Assembly (NCBI GenBank): GCA_016706275.1
Contig: JADJJY010000005.1
Span: 14,641 to 78,640, forward strand
Direction of reading: 5' to 3'
DNA length: 64,000 nucleotides
Source: Chloracidobacterium sp.
GTDB lineage: Bacteria; Acidobacteriota; Blastocatellia; Pyrinomonadales; Pyrinomonadaceae
Position numbers and translations under genes: made by a program. The notes under the pieces were generated by a model that did no database searches, was not told the origin of the DNA, and was given only the letters and a program-made list of their open reading frames with translations. Below are positions 52,085 to 60,213 of this stretch, in pieces; positions within the stretch are counted from its first letter, which is position 1; each line of letters opens with the position of its first letter.

Positions 52085-52982
52085 CTAATTCCCGCCGATC
52101 GTCCAGTTCTGACCGAAACCAAACTTCTTATTTTCGACGCACTTGGGCGACGCCGGTACAAACGTTTTGCTCTCCTTCGAAGCCGAAAACCCTTTGTCGC
52201 TCACGATCGAGGTTTTGTAAACAAAGATTATTTTAGTTATATCGTCACCATTTGCGCCTTCGAGATCGGAACCTTGCGTATTGTTGCCGAAGTTGACAGT
52301 GATCCCGATTGGAGTCGGGATATCCGCAGCACCGTCAAATGTCACACACTGCCCCCTAGGAGGACAACTAATCGAATTCTGGTTCTGCTGAATCGTCTCG
52401 GTCTTCCACTTACCTGTACGACGATTGAAATACTTGACCGCCGTTACCTTCATAAACTTGTTGGTACCATTCCTGAATTCAAAGGTCACCTGTTTACACG
52501 AACCGCTCGGATTCTCGGGAACCGGTGCCGGAGCCTTTATCTCCCAACGTTGCCCAAACCCATAGGTCTTATCGCGGACGCATCGCGGACTCTACGGAAC
52601 AAATTCGCGGCTCTCATAGTCTTTTTCGTATTCTTATCCTCGAACACAAAACGATCTTGGTCAGATCGTCACCTTCAGCGCTACCGAGATTGTCCCAGCC
52701 AAATTTGCAATCGACATTTCTTGCGCAGGTTTTATTGGGTGTGTCCTCCGTTTTCCACTTGCCGTCGGTCCGGTTGTAATACTTTATTTTCTTGATCTCC
52801 ACCGGGCCGGGCCCGACATTCCACACGATGAACGAGACATTTTGGCACGAATCAAACCTCGCATCGAGGGAATCGTTGACAAGCGACTTCGCACCGCTGG
52901 GTTGTCCCCACCCGTTAAGAGCGTATATTATCGCCGCGATTGCCATGACAGTTGTGATCGTAAGTTTTATTCTAGATCTCAT
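52085..52982 (-). pseudogene. disrupted two-domain paralog of the 53270-54298 secreted protein
   Basis: Track ORFs 52614-52982 and 52085-52489 are the two halves. They can be joined by two frame changes, at a T4 run (52648-52651) and an A5 run (52622-52626), plus read-through of TAG 52592-52594. The joined product reads ...DDLTKIVFVFEDKNTKKDYESREFVP*SPRCVRDKTYGFGQRWEIKAPAPVPENPSGSCKQVTFEFRNG..., the same domain pattern as the intact paralog. Confidence 0.65.
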
Positions 52983-53047
52983 TTTCTCAACTCCATTTCA
53001 ACGTTAGGTTGTCATTTTCTCCCACCACTGAATGACCGCATTTAGCG

Positions 53048-53159
53048 AATTTGGCGGCGAGCATGTATACGGCGGCAAAATCATCGCACGTTCATCAGCG
53101 TCTACGCCGCCGGAGCCCCTGAACTTGCCCCGAAGGTCGTCGCCGAAGCCGCTGCCTAG
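53048..53159 (+). pseudogene. degenerate partial copy of rpmA (3' portion with internal ~115-nt deletion)
   Basis: 53048-53091 aligns with rpmA 51444-51487, and 53092-53159 with rpmA 51603-51670, including the stop. Identity is roughly 85-90 % by eye. There is no start codon and the frame is broken. Confidence 0.8.
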
Positions 53160-53219
53160 GTCACTTCAGTACCACCTGCTATACCGGGTTATTGAACCCC
53201 GATAATACTCAACATTGAG

Positions 53220-53249
53220 AAGCACACGTCGTACGGCGCGTGCTTTTTT
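53220..53249 (+). terminator. second copy of the rpmA terminator hairpin
   Basis: AAGCACACG tcgtacgg CGCGTGCTT followed by TTTT. The 60 nt before it also match the sequence downstream of rpmA (gggttattgaac.ccgata.tact.aacattgagaagcacacg). Confidence 0.7.
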
Positions 53250-53269
53250 GCTTTGTATTATGGAACGCC

Positions 53270-54298
53270 TTAAGGCTTATTCCGGTTAGGCCTTTTAACC
53301 CTGGGTTTCTTGACCGTCGTCGTGGTCGTGCCGTTAACGGCTGCTCCTGCTGCGGGATTCTCAACTCGTGCCGGCGTCTTCCTGGTTGGATTCCCTGTTG
53401 CGTTATTAGTGCTTGACGCAGAGCCCTTTGTGATCGACCAGCTTGCTCCTGTTCCATAATCCTTACCCGGACGGCAGCGTGGGTCCGTCGGAACAAACGT
53501 CTTACTTTCAAAAGGCCCGGACCACTCACCCGCCGAAAAACCGGGGTCCGCAGCAGAATGGGTTTTATACACAAAAATTATCTTAGTAATGTCTTCGCCA
53601 TCCGCATCAGCTAATGTGTCTGGGCCGACAGTACATTTCTGACCCGGCTCACATGTCACATTATTTACTTCTTCGGTCTTCCATTTACCGCTATTCCGGT
53701 TAAAGTATTTGACCTTGTCGATCTTTACATCGCTCCTACTCAAAACGTTGGAACTATTTCCCGTTTTATTCCAAACAACAAATGAAACGTCGGCACAAGA
53801 ATCGCCAATCGTATTTGATCCGGTCGTATTACCAACGATCGCCCAAGCAAATGAATCGCCATACTGTTTATTGGCACGGCACGCAGGGCTTTCCGGCCGA
53901 AACTCCTGACTGATAAAACCGCCGGTCCATCCGTTGCCCATACGCTCCTTAAATTCGTATTTTATCTTGGTGATGTTGTCCCCTTCTGCACTAGACAAAT
54001 TATCGCCGCCCGTATAGCAGCTCTGACCGGGCCGGCAAGTGTTGTACGAGAGGCTCTCCGTACGCCATTTCCCGTCAGTACTGTTGAAATACTGAACCTT
54101 AGTGACCTGGATATCTACTCTCCGGCCGTTGCGAAACGCAAATTTCACGTTCTTACAAGAGTCGAACAACGAGACCGACTCAACCACGTCTGTACTTGCC
54201 GCGACAGCTGCGCCGTAACGCAGGTACACGGCGGTCGTAGCAAAGACCGTCAGAGCCAAAACGGCTATCACGCCCCTGTTTGTTTTCATACCTATCAT
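53270..54298 (-). CDS. secreted protein with two copies of an unrecognised ~110-aa four-Cys domain and a basic low-complexity tail
   Basis: I place the start at ATG 54296-54298 (MIGMKTNRGVIAVLALTVFATTAVYL signal/anchor, GGAGG 12 nt upstream). The track ORF is 367 aa. Repeat 1 is DSCKNVKFAFRNG...VQYFNSTDGKWRTE...CRPGQSC...AEGDNITKIKYEFK...EFRPESPAC...W. Repeat 2 is DSCADVSFVVWNK...VKYFNRNSGKWKTE...CEPGQKC...ADGEDITKIIFVYK...TFVPTDPRC...W. Confidence 0.75.
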   Translation of the reverse strand: MIGMKTNRGVIAVLALTVFATTAVYLRYGAAVAASTDVVESVSLFDSCKNVKFAFRNGRRVDIQVTKVQYFNSTDGKWRTESLSYNTCRPGQSCYTGGDNLSSAEGDNITKIKYEFKERMGNGWTGGFISQEFRPESPACRANKQYGDSFAWAIVGNTTGSNTIGDSCADVSFVVWNKTGNSSNVLSRSDVKIDKVKYFNRNSGKWKTEEVNNVTCEPGQKCTVGPDTLADADGEDITKIIFVYKTHSAADPGFSAGEWSGPFESKTFVPTDPRCRPGKDYGTGASWSITKGSASSTNNATGNPTRKTPARVENPAAGAAVNGTTTTTVKKPRVKRPNRNKP

Positions 54299-54628
54299 AG
54301 AAAAACTTAACCTCCGATCTTTTTTTGACGTTATCATACACCAATTAGCCGAAAATCTATTATTTTTTTTCAAAAAAGCAGGTAGCAGTATCGAACAAAT
54401 ACTTTTTGATCTGAAAATATATCGCTCAGAAAAATTATTGTGATCTTTTTCCTACAACTTAGGGAAACTACATAATAATTGGGTGCAGATCGCACTGCGC
54501 CGTAAATCCTTTGAACCAAAACGTTACTGGATTTTCCACAATCTTATCCACATTTTTTGCACAGGCAAATCCACAGCATTTCCACAGAAGGCCTGTAAAA
54601 TAAAGGCAATAGTTAAAGTACTTTCTAC

Positions 54629-54656
54629 TTGACTTCCGTTTTTTTGGGTGTAAACT
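54629..54656 (+). promoter_or_regulatory. sigma70-like promoter candidate for the structured RNA
   Basis: TTGACT (54629-34), 16 nt, TAAACT (54651-56). Confidence 0.35.
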
Positions 54657-54662
54657 GGTTTC

Positions 54663-55167
54663 ACAGTCGAGGTTGCTAAGGGAACTTTGACCGGCACCGA
54701 GAGGTGGAGCGGACGCGGTGACGCGATCGTTTGAGAGCAGAAGGAGCGGAAAGCCGCTGCTTGGTACGCTCGGAGCCGAAGCCGAAAGGCTTGCTAAGGC
54801 CGGACGAAAGAAAGGCCAAGTTGTTCGGATAAAAACGGACAACGCCCGACGGACTTGATCAGCCAAAGGGTGCTATGTCGCTCACGTCGAAAGACGAGGG
54901 CCTCGTTGCCGGGAACGTAACCGGTGGTGGAGGAAAAGCCACCAAAAAAAGACCTAACGGCACCGTGCTTTCGAGCACAACAGTTTGAATTTATTCATTT
55001 TGGGTGCTGACCGGAGAGAGTCCTCCGCAGGAAGAGCTTCGGGATACAAAATCGGCGGTTCGAACGTGTACATGCGAGAGCCGCCAAACCTTTACCCTAC
55101 ACTTCGGTGAAAGGCAAAGAAAATAAAAGCATCGAAACGGGCAACCGGGACGATGCTTTTGTTTTTT
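54663..55167 (+). ncRNA. candidate ~0.5-kb structured non-coding RNA or long obgE leader (class unknown)
   Basis: No plus-strand ORF of 60 aa or more. At least seven local hairpins, several capped by GNRA or UUCG loops: CGCG-GUGA-CGCG 54714-25; AGCGG-AAAG-CCGCU 54745-58; AAGCC-GAAA-GGCUU 54779-92; 8-bp stem 54820-43; CGUC-GAAA-GACG 54885-96; GGUGG..CCACC 54926-43; GUGCU-UUCG-AGCAC 54965-78. It ends in a terminator AAAGCATCG...CGATGCTTT plus a T-run (55126-55167). Confidence 0.4.
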
Positions 55168-55231
55168 GGCGCGAGTTCGTGGAATTTGTTCGACTTCCCC
55201 TATCGCCGGCAAAGGCTTAGAATAGAAAGTT

Positions 55232-56263
55232 ATGTTCATTGACCGCGTAAAGATCAAGGTAAAGGCCGGTGACGGCGGCAACGGTGTCACGGCTTTTCGG
55301 CGCGAAAAATTTATCCCTCGCGGCGGACCCTCTGGAGGCGATGGCGGTGTTGGCGGCTGCGTGTATATGGAATCGCACGAAGGGCTCAACACTCTGCTGC
55401 ACCTGCGTTACAATCCCGAACACAAGGCCGAACGCGGCCGCCACGGCGAAGGTTCTAACCGTTATGGCAAGGACGGCGAAGACGCTGTCGTCAAGGTACC
55501 GGTCGGCACGCAAGTTTTTGATCCTGAGACTAATGAACTGCTTTTTGATTTCACCGAGCCCGGACAGCGTTATATGGCGGCTAAGGGCGGCAAAGGCGGC
55601 TGGGGCAACTCACACTTTGCGACCGCCACGCGGCAGGCTCCGAAATATCATTACAACGGCCGCCCTGGCGGCGAACGCGAGTTGCAGCTTGAGCTAAAAC
55701 TGATCGCCGATGTCGGGCTGGTCGGCTTTCCAAACGCTGGCAAATCGACGCTGATCTCAGTCATCTCCGCGGCAAAGCCAAAGATCGCCGATTACCCTTT
55801 TACGACGCTTGAGCCCAATTTAGGCGTTGTTGATATGGGTGATTTCAGGACATTTGTCGTCGCCGACATCCCCGGACTCATCGAAGGTGCATCGGACGGA
55901 GCGGGGCTTGGACATCGTTTTCTTCGCCACGTCGAGCGGACAAAACTGATGCTGCATCTCGTAGATGTCTCGTCGCTGTCGGGTCGTGATCCGGTTTCGG
56001 ATTACGAGATCATCAACCGAGAGCTTGCCAATTACGACGCCGACCTCGCAAAACGCCCGCAGCTCATCGTCGCAACAAAGATCGACGCCATGGACGACCC
56101 CGACCGCCTCGATGCCTTAAAGAAAAGGGCGAAAAAGGACAAAATGCCTTTCTTTGAGATCTCGTCAGTAACGAACAAAGGCGTAAAAGATCTGGTGAGT
56201 GCAGTTGCGGTCGCGTTAGACGAAATAACCAGAGAAGAAGCTGAGAAAGCGGCTGCGGTTTAG
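55232..56263 (+). CDS. obgE: GTPase Obg/CgtA
   Basis: 343 aa. [27 protein letters not shown]..., with the G-domain motif GFPNAGKST. Confidence 0.96.
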   Translation: MFIDRVKIKVKAGDGGNGVTAFRREKFIPRGGPSGGDGGVGGCVYMESHEGLNTLLHLRYNPEHKAERGRHGEGSNRYGKDGEDAVVKVPVGTQVFDPETNELLFDFTEPGQRYMAAKGGKGGWGNSHFATATRQAPKYHYNGRPGGERELQLELKLIADVGLVGFPNAGKSTLISVISAAKPKIADYPFTTLEPNLGVVDMGDFRTFVVADIPGLIEGASDGAGLGHRFLRHVERTKLMLHLVDVSSLSGRDPVSDYEIINRELANYDADLAKRPQLIVATKIDAMDDPDRLDALKKRAKKDKMPFFEISSVTNKGVKDLVSAVAVALDEITREEAEKAAAV

Positions 56264-56264
56264 C

Positions 56265-56921
56265 ATGAAACGTATCGCATTTTATGGAGGCTCATTTGAC
56301 CCGCCGCATCGCGGGCATCTCGCGATAGCCGATGCGTTGGTCGATCGGTTTGGGCTCGATGCGTTTGTTTTTATCCCGGCCTTTCATGCCCCGCATAAGG
56401 CCCGGCTAAAGCCAACATCCGCCTATGATCGCTACACGATGCTGTGTCTCGCGACACAGAATTCGGCAAACATTACCGTTTCGCAATTTGAGATCGAGAT
56501 GCCCGAACGACCGTATTCGGTCGAGACGCTTTCGCGGATCCTCGAACAGATGCCGGATGACGAGATCTATTTTGTCATCGGTGCAGATTCTTGGCGGGAC
56601 ATCCTGACTTGGCGTGAATGGGAAAAGGTCATGACAATGGTCAATATCATTGTCGTCACGCGGCCGGGCGTCGAGATCGGTTTTGATCATGTTACCGACA
56701 ACATCCGTGAGAGGATAGTCGATCTGCGGAATGGCGAAGAGGAGAAAAGGCGAAGAGGAGAGCGGGCGAATCCGCAATCTATTTTCATCACCGACGCGGT
56801 CAATATGGACATTTCCGCGACCGAAATTCGCCGTAAGATCCGCGAAGAAGACCCGACATGGCACGAAGATGTAACTGCCGAGGTTGCAAATTACGTCGAA
56901 AAATATCAGATTTATAGCTAA
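56265..56921 (+). CDS. nadD: nicotinate-nucleotide adenylyltransferase
   Basis: 218 aa. ...GGSFDPPHRGHL... and the ISATEIR motif. Confidence 0.93.
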   Translation: MKRIAFYGGSFDPPHRGHLAIADALVDRFGLDAFVFIPAFHAPHKARLKPTSAYDRYTMLCLATQNSANITVSQFEIEMPERPYSVETLSRILEQMPDDEIYFVIGADSWRDILTWREWEKVMTMVNIIVVTRPGVEIGFDHVTDNIRERIVDLRNGEEEKRRRGERANPQSIFITDAVNMDISATEIRRKIREEDPTWHEDVTAEVANYVEKYQIYS

Positions 56922-57349
56922 TGGAAGAAACACAGGAAAGATCGCTTCAACGCGAAGCGGTCAAGATAGAAATAGCAGAAAAGCCAACCAAGTTTTCCGA
57001 ACTCGACCCCGAAGTAAAACTCGCGATCCAATGTGCCAGTGACAAAAAGGCATACGACCTAGTCGCGCTCGATCTACGCAGCATTGCCAGCTTTACCGAG
57101 TTTTTTATTATCGCAACCGGAGCCAACCAACGTCAGGTACAGGCCATCGCCGATGAGATCAAGGAGCAGCTAAAAGAACAGCTCAACTCACGTCCCGTGC
57201 GTATCGAGGGATATGCCAGCGGCGAATGGGTGCTTGTCGATTACGGCGATTTCATTGTTCACGTATTTAATAAAGAGGCTCGTGAGTTTTACGACCTCGC
57301 CCGATTGTGGCTGGATGCACGCAAAGTCGAACTGCCGGCAGACATTTAA
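56921..57349 (+). CDS. rsfS: ribosome silencing factor RsfS
   Basis: 142 aa. ...DKKAYDLVALDLRSIASFTEFFIIATG...; TAATG overlap with nadD. Confidence 0.92.
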   Translation: MEETQERSLQREAVKIEIAEKPTKFSELDPEVKLAIQCASDKKAYDLVALDLRSIASFTEFFIIATGANQRQVQAIADEIKEQLKEQLNSRPVRIEGYASGEWVLVDYGDFIVHVFNKEAREFYDLARLWLDARKVELPADI

Positions 57350-57801
57350 TGAAATTCAAGTTTATTTGGGTCGGCAAGACCAAAAATAAAAATTACGCGG
57401 CGCTGCAGGACGAATATCTGCAGCGTCTTTCGCATTTTGTCAAAACAGAGACGGTCGAGGTTCGCGATTCTGCTCCGCACGAGGGCAAAGAAATTGAGGG
57501 CAAACGAATTCTCGAAAAATTGAATCAAAGCTCTTTCGTCTGTTTGCTTGATGTTACGGGCCGCGGCATCTCGTCACCACAGCTGGCGACTGAGATCGAG
57601 AAATGGCAGAACGCCGGCCACAAAGAGATAACGTTTGTGATCGGCGGCCCCGATGGCATTTCGTCCGAGGTTGCTGAAAGTGCCTCGCTCGTGCTATCTT
57701 TATCGTTTCTCACTTTTACCCACGAGATGGCTCGTGTCGTTATGCTAGAGCAATTATACCGGGCCTATACAATTATTAGGGGTTTCCCTTACCAAAAATG
57801 A
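57349..57801 (+). CDS. rlmH: 23S rRNA (pseudouridine1915-N3)-methyltransferase RlmH
   Basis: I place the start at MKFKFIWVGKTKNK (ATG 57349-51, TAATG overlap with rsfS). SPOUT C-terminus ...LSLSFLTFTHEMARVVMLEQLYRAY. Confidence 0.92.
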   Translation: MKFKFIWVGKTKNKNYAALQDEYLQRLSHFVKTETVEVRDSAPHEGKEIEGKRILEKLNQSSFVCLLDVTGRGISSPQLATEIEKWQNAGHKEITFVIGGPDGISSEVAESASLVLSLSFLTFTHEMARVVMLEQLYRAYTIIRGFPYQK

Positions 57802-58151
57802 GTAAATCGAATTTAAAAGAAGTAAAAGAAAAACTTCTCGCTGAGAGAGACCTACTTATCGAGAAGCTAAAAGGCAACGATCTGTCGATCGACGATGCCG
57901 AAACGCCGGATCCGGTCGATCTGGCGGTCCGCAATTATTCTAAAAATGTGATGCTTGCTGTTTCGGAAAACGAAAGCAAACAGCTCACACTCATCGACGA
58001 GGCTCTGTTGCGTATCGAGGACGATGAATACGGTACGTGTCAGAACTGCGAAAAAGACATCAACCCCAAACGTCTCGCAGCGATCCCCTGGGCAAGATAC
58101 TGTCTCGATTGTCAGGAATTGCTTGAGAAAGGCCTGCTCGACGAAGACTAA
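57798..58151 (+). CDS. DksA/TraR-family C4 zinc-finger protein
   Basis: 117 aa. CQNCEKDINPKRLAAIPWARYCLDC. Confidence 0.85.
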   Translation: MSKSNLKEVKEKLLAERDLLIEKLKGNDLSIDDAETPDPVDLAVRNYSKNVMLAVSENESKQLTLIDEALLRIEDDEYGTCQNCEKDINPKRLAAIPWARYCLDCQELLEKGLLDED

Positions 58152-58161
58152 GCTTTGACTT

Positions 58162-58890
58162 ATGCTCAAGGAGCTTAAAAACTCCCTGCTCTCGATAATA
58201 TATCCACAAGAATGCCGTGTCTGTTTTTCTCAGGTCGAGAATGCGGGCGACGGCATTTCTTGCATTAAGTGTTGGAGCGAAACTCGTATCTTCGACGGCA
58301 GCGAGATGCTCTGCGACAAATGTGGCGCGTTCTTTGGCGACAAAGCTGCCCCCGTTGCTGTGTTTTGCCACAAATGCGACGATCATTTCTACGACAAAGC
58401 TGCTGCGGTTGGCGTGTATGAAAAAGCGATGTCCGCGACCGTGCTCAATCTAAAGGAACAACCAGTTTTGCCAAAACGATTACGCGAGCTTATCCCGGCT
58501 GCGATCGAAAGAAATGGGTTTGGCAGAGCTGACCTTATCATCCCGATTCCATTATCAAAACAGCGACGAATCGAACGCGGTTTTAATCAGGCTGAGGTTA
58601 TTGCCAATGAGATATCTCATGCCACAGATATACATATCGACAAAGCGAGTCTCTCGAGAAAACTCCACACACCGATTCACCGCGTGGGTATGGACAAGCG
58701 GGCGAGAGAACTTACTGTTCAGAATGCTTTCGAAGTATTGCGGCCAAAGCTGATCGCGGGAAAGAAAATACTATTGGTTGATGATGTTTTTACTTCCGGA
58801 GCAACCGCGTCATATTGTGCCAAAGCTCTAAAGAAAAACGGAGCGGTCGAGGTGAATATATTTACACTCGCTCGCGCCGTTATGAACTAG
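58162..58890 (+). CDS. ComF-family protein (phosphoribosyltransferase domain)
   Basis: 242 aa. N-terminal Cys clusters (CRVC...CIKC, CDKC...CHKC) and the PRTase motif ILLVDDVFTSGAT. Confidence 0.85.
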   Translation: MLKELKNSLLSIIYPQECRVCFSQVENAGDGISCIKCWSETRIFDGSEMLCDKCGAFFGDKAAPVAVFCHKCDDHFYDKAAAVGVYEKAMSATVLNLKEQPVLPKRLRELIPAAIERNGFGRADLIIPIPLSKQRRIERGFNQAEVIANEISHATDIHIDKASLSRKLHTPIHRVGMDKRARELTVQNAFEVLRPKLIAGKKILLVDDVFTSGATASYCAKALKKNGAVEVNIFTLARAVMN

Positions 58891-58901
58891 ATACAAAAAC
58901 T

Positions 58902-60140
58902 CTAGGGATTCTTGCGTGCTCCACCGCGTATTTCAACGCTCTCCGCTGGCCTGGCAGCACTTCCGACCATCTTTTCGATTGTGCCGCTTTGGCCAATGAG
59001 ATAGAGCTCGCCTGACTGGTCCTCAGCAAAACCGACGATACTCCGTCCTGAGCTGAGTAGGACCGTCTGAGTATTGTTGTTCCACATTAAGACCTCACCG
59101 GAACAATAATCCCCATAAATATAACTCCCGTCTGGAAAAGTGTTCTGCCTTCCGCGATATACGTAACCGCCTGTAATCGAGCATCGGGTATTACCCGCCC
59201 CTGCGCTACTGTATTCGAATAGCGGCGGCAGATAGTTTGTCGGCGTACAAAGTCCCGCGTCATTGCCGGTACAATGTAATCCCTCATATACACGCCAGCC
59301 GTAGTTGCCGCCGAGGGTAATAATATCGACTTCTTCCCAAGAAAATTGACCCACATCAGCCGCCCACAATTGGCGCGTTCCGCGCCGGTCAAATGAAAAT
59401 CTATACGGATTGCGCATTCCAATCGCGTAGATCTCATCGGCACCTGGGATGGCTCCTGCGAAGGGATTATCGGGCGGTATGTTGTATTGCGGCACCTGAC
59501 CCACAGGCACATTATCAACATCCAAACGGATGATCTTTCCTAGCAAAGAATTGATATTCTGCGCATTGTTCGGTACATCGTTCGACCCGCCACCATCTCC
59601 AGGCCCAGCATACAGATATCCATCCGGGCCAAAAGCTACGGTACCTCCGTTGTGGTTTGAATTTGTCGGGTGGAGGATAGTAATGATGTTCTTTTCAGTC
59701 GTGTCAGCCACATTTGGGTTAGTCGCCGATACTTGGAACTCAGAGATCTTGATCGCCCCTACCGGGCTATCGGCCGTGTAATATACGAAAAACCGTCGGT
59801 TGGTCCTGTATTGCGGGTGAAAAGCGAGCCCCAGAAGCCCTCGCTCACCTCCCGAAAGAACCGGCCCCGATATATCAAGAAACGTTGTTGGCGTAGTCGA
59901 ACCCGGCTGGAGCACACGGATCAATCCCCCTTGCTGAACAATAAACAACCGCTGACTGCGGTCCGTTGCTCTTGTCATAAAGACAGGTGAACTGAGGCCG
60001 GAAAGAAACGGCTGGAGTGTGATCGCGGCCGGGCTTTCGTCCTCAGAGATCGAAATACTACGGTCATCCTGTCCAAACGTAATGTTGAAAAACGCCCCAA
60101 CCAAAACAGCTAAAACGCCGAAACTACTAATTCTTTTCAT
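58902..60140 (-). CDS. secreted PQQ-dependent sugar (glucose/sorbosone) dehydrogenase-family beta-propeller
   Basis: 412 aa with a signal peptide. GLLGLAFHP..., HNGGTVAFGPDGYLY..GDGG, NYGWRVYEG. Confidence 0.8.
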   Translation of the reverse strand: MKRISSFGVLAVLVGAFFNITFGQDDRSISISEDESPAAITLQPFLSGLSSPVFMTRATDRSQRLFIVQQGGLIRVLQPGSTTPTTFLDISGPVLSGGERGLLGLAFHPQYRTNRRFFVYYTADSPVGAIKISEFQVSATNPNVADTTEKNIITILHPTNSNHNGGTVAFGPDGYLYAGPGDGGGSNDVPNNAQNINSLLGKIIRLDVDNVPVGQVPQYNIPPDNPFAGAIPGADEIYAIGMRNPYRFSFDRRGTRQLWAADVGQFSWEEVDIITLGGNYGWRVYEGLHCTGNDAGLCTPTNYLPPLFEYSSAGAGNTRCSITGGYVYRGRQNTFPDGSYIYGDYCSGEVLMWNNNTQTVLLSSGRSIVGFAEDQSGELYLIGQSGTIEKMVGSAARPAESVEIRGGARKNP

Positions 60141-60213
60141 ATCAATACTCGTTAAAACTCTTTGAACCTAATAATTCTATAATAGCCGTTCGACCGTTAT
60201 AAACACAAGAAGT

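Noticed and set aside
54641-55167. Is the structured region a tmRNA, RNase P RNA or SRP RNA?
   Set aside because: The 5' GGGTGTAAACTGGTTTCACAGTCGAGGTTGC loosely resembles a tmRNA 5' end, and a GGCGGTTCGAAC T-loop-like string is present. However, there is no proper T-arm, no 3' acceptor strand plus CCA, and no tag ORF ending in A-A-stop. The RNase P P4 strings (GAGGAAAGTCC, ACAGAA.CCGGCTTA) and the SRP domain IV motif (GGTCCGGAAGGAAGCAGC) are absent on both strands. The class therefore stays unknown.
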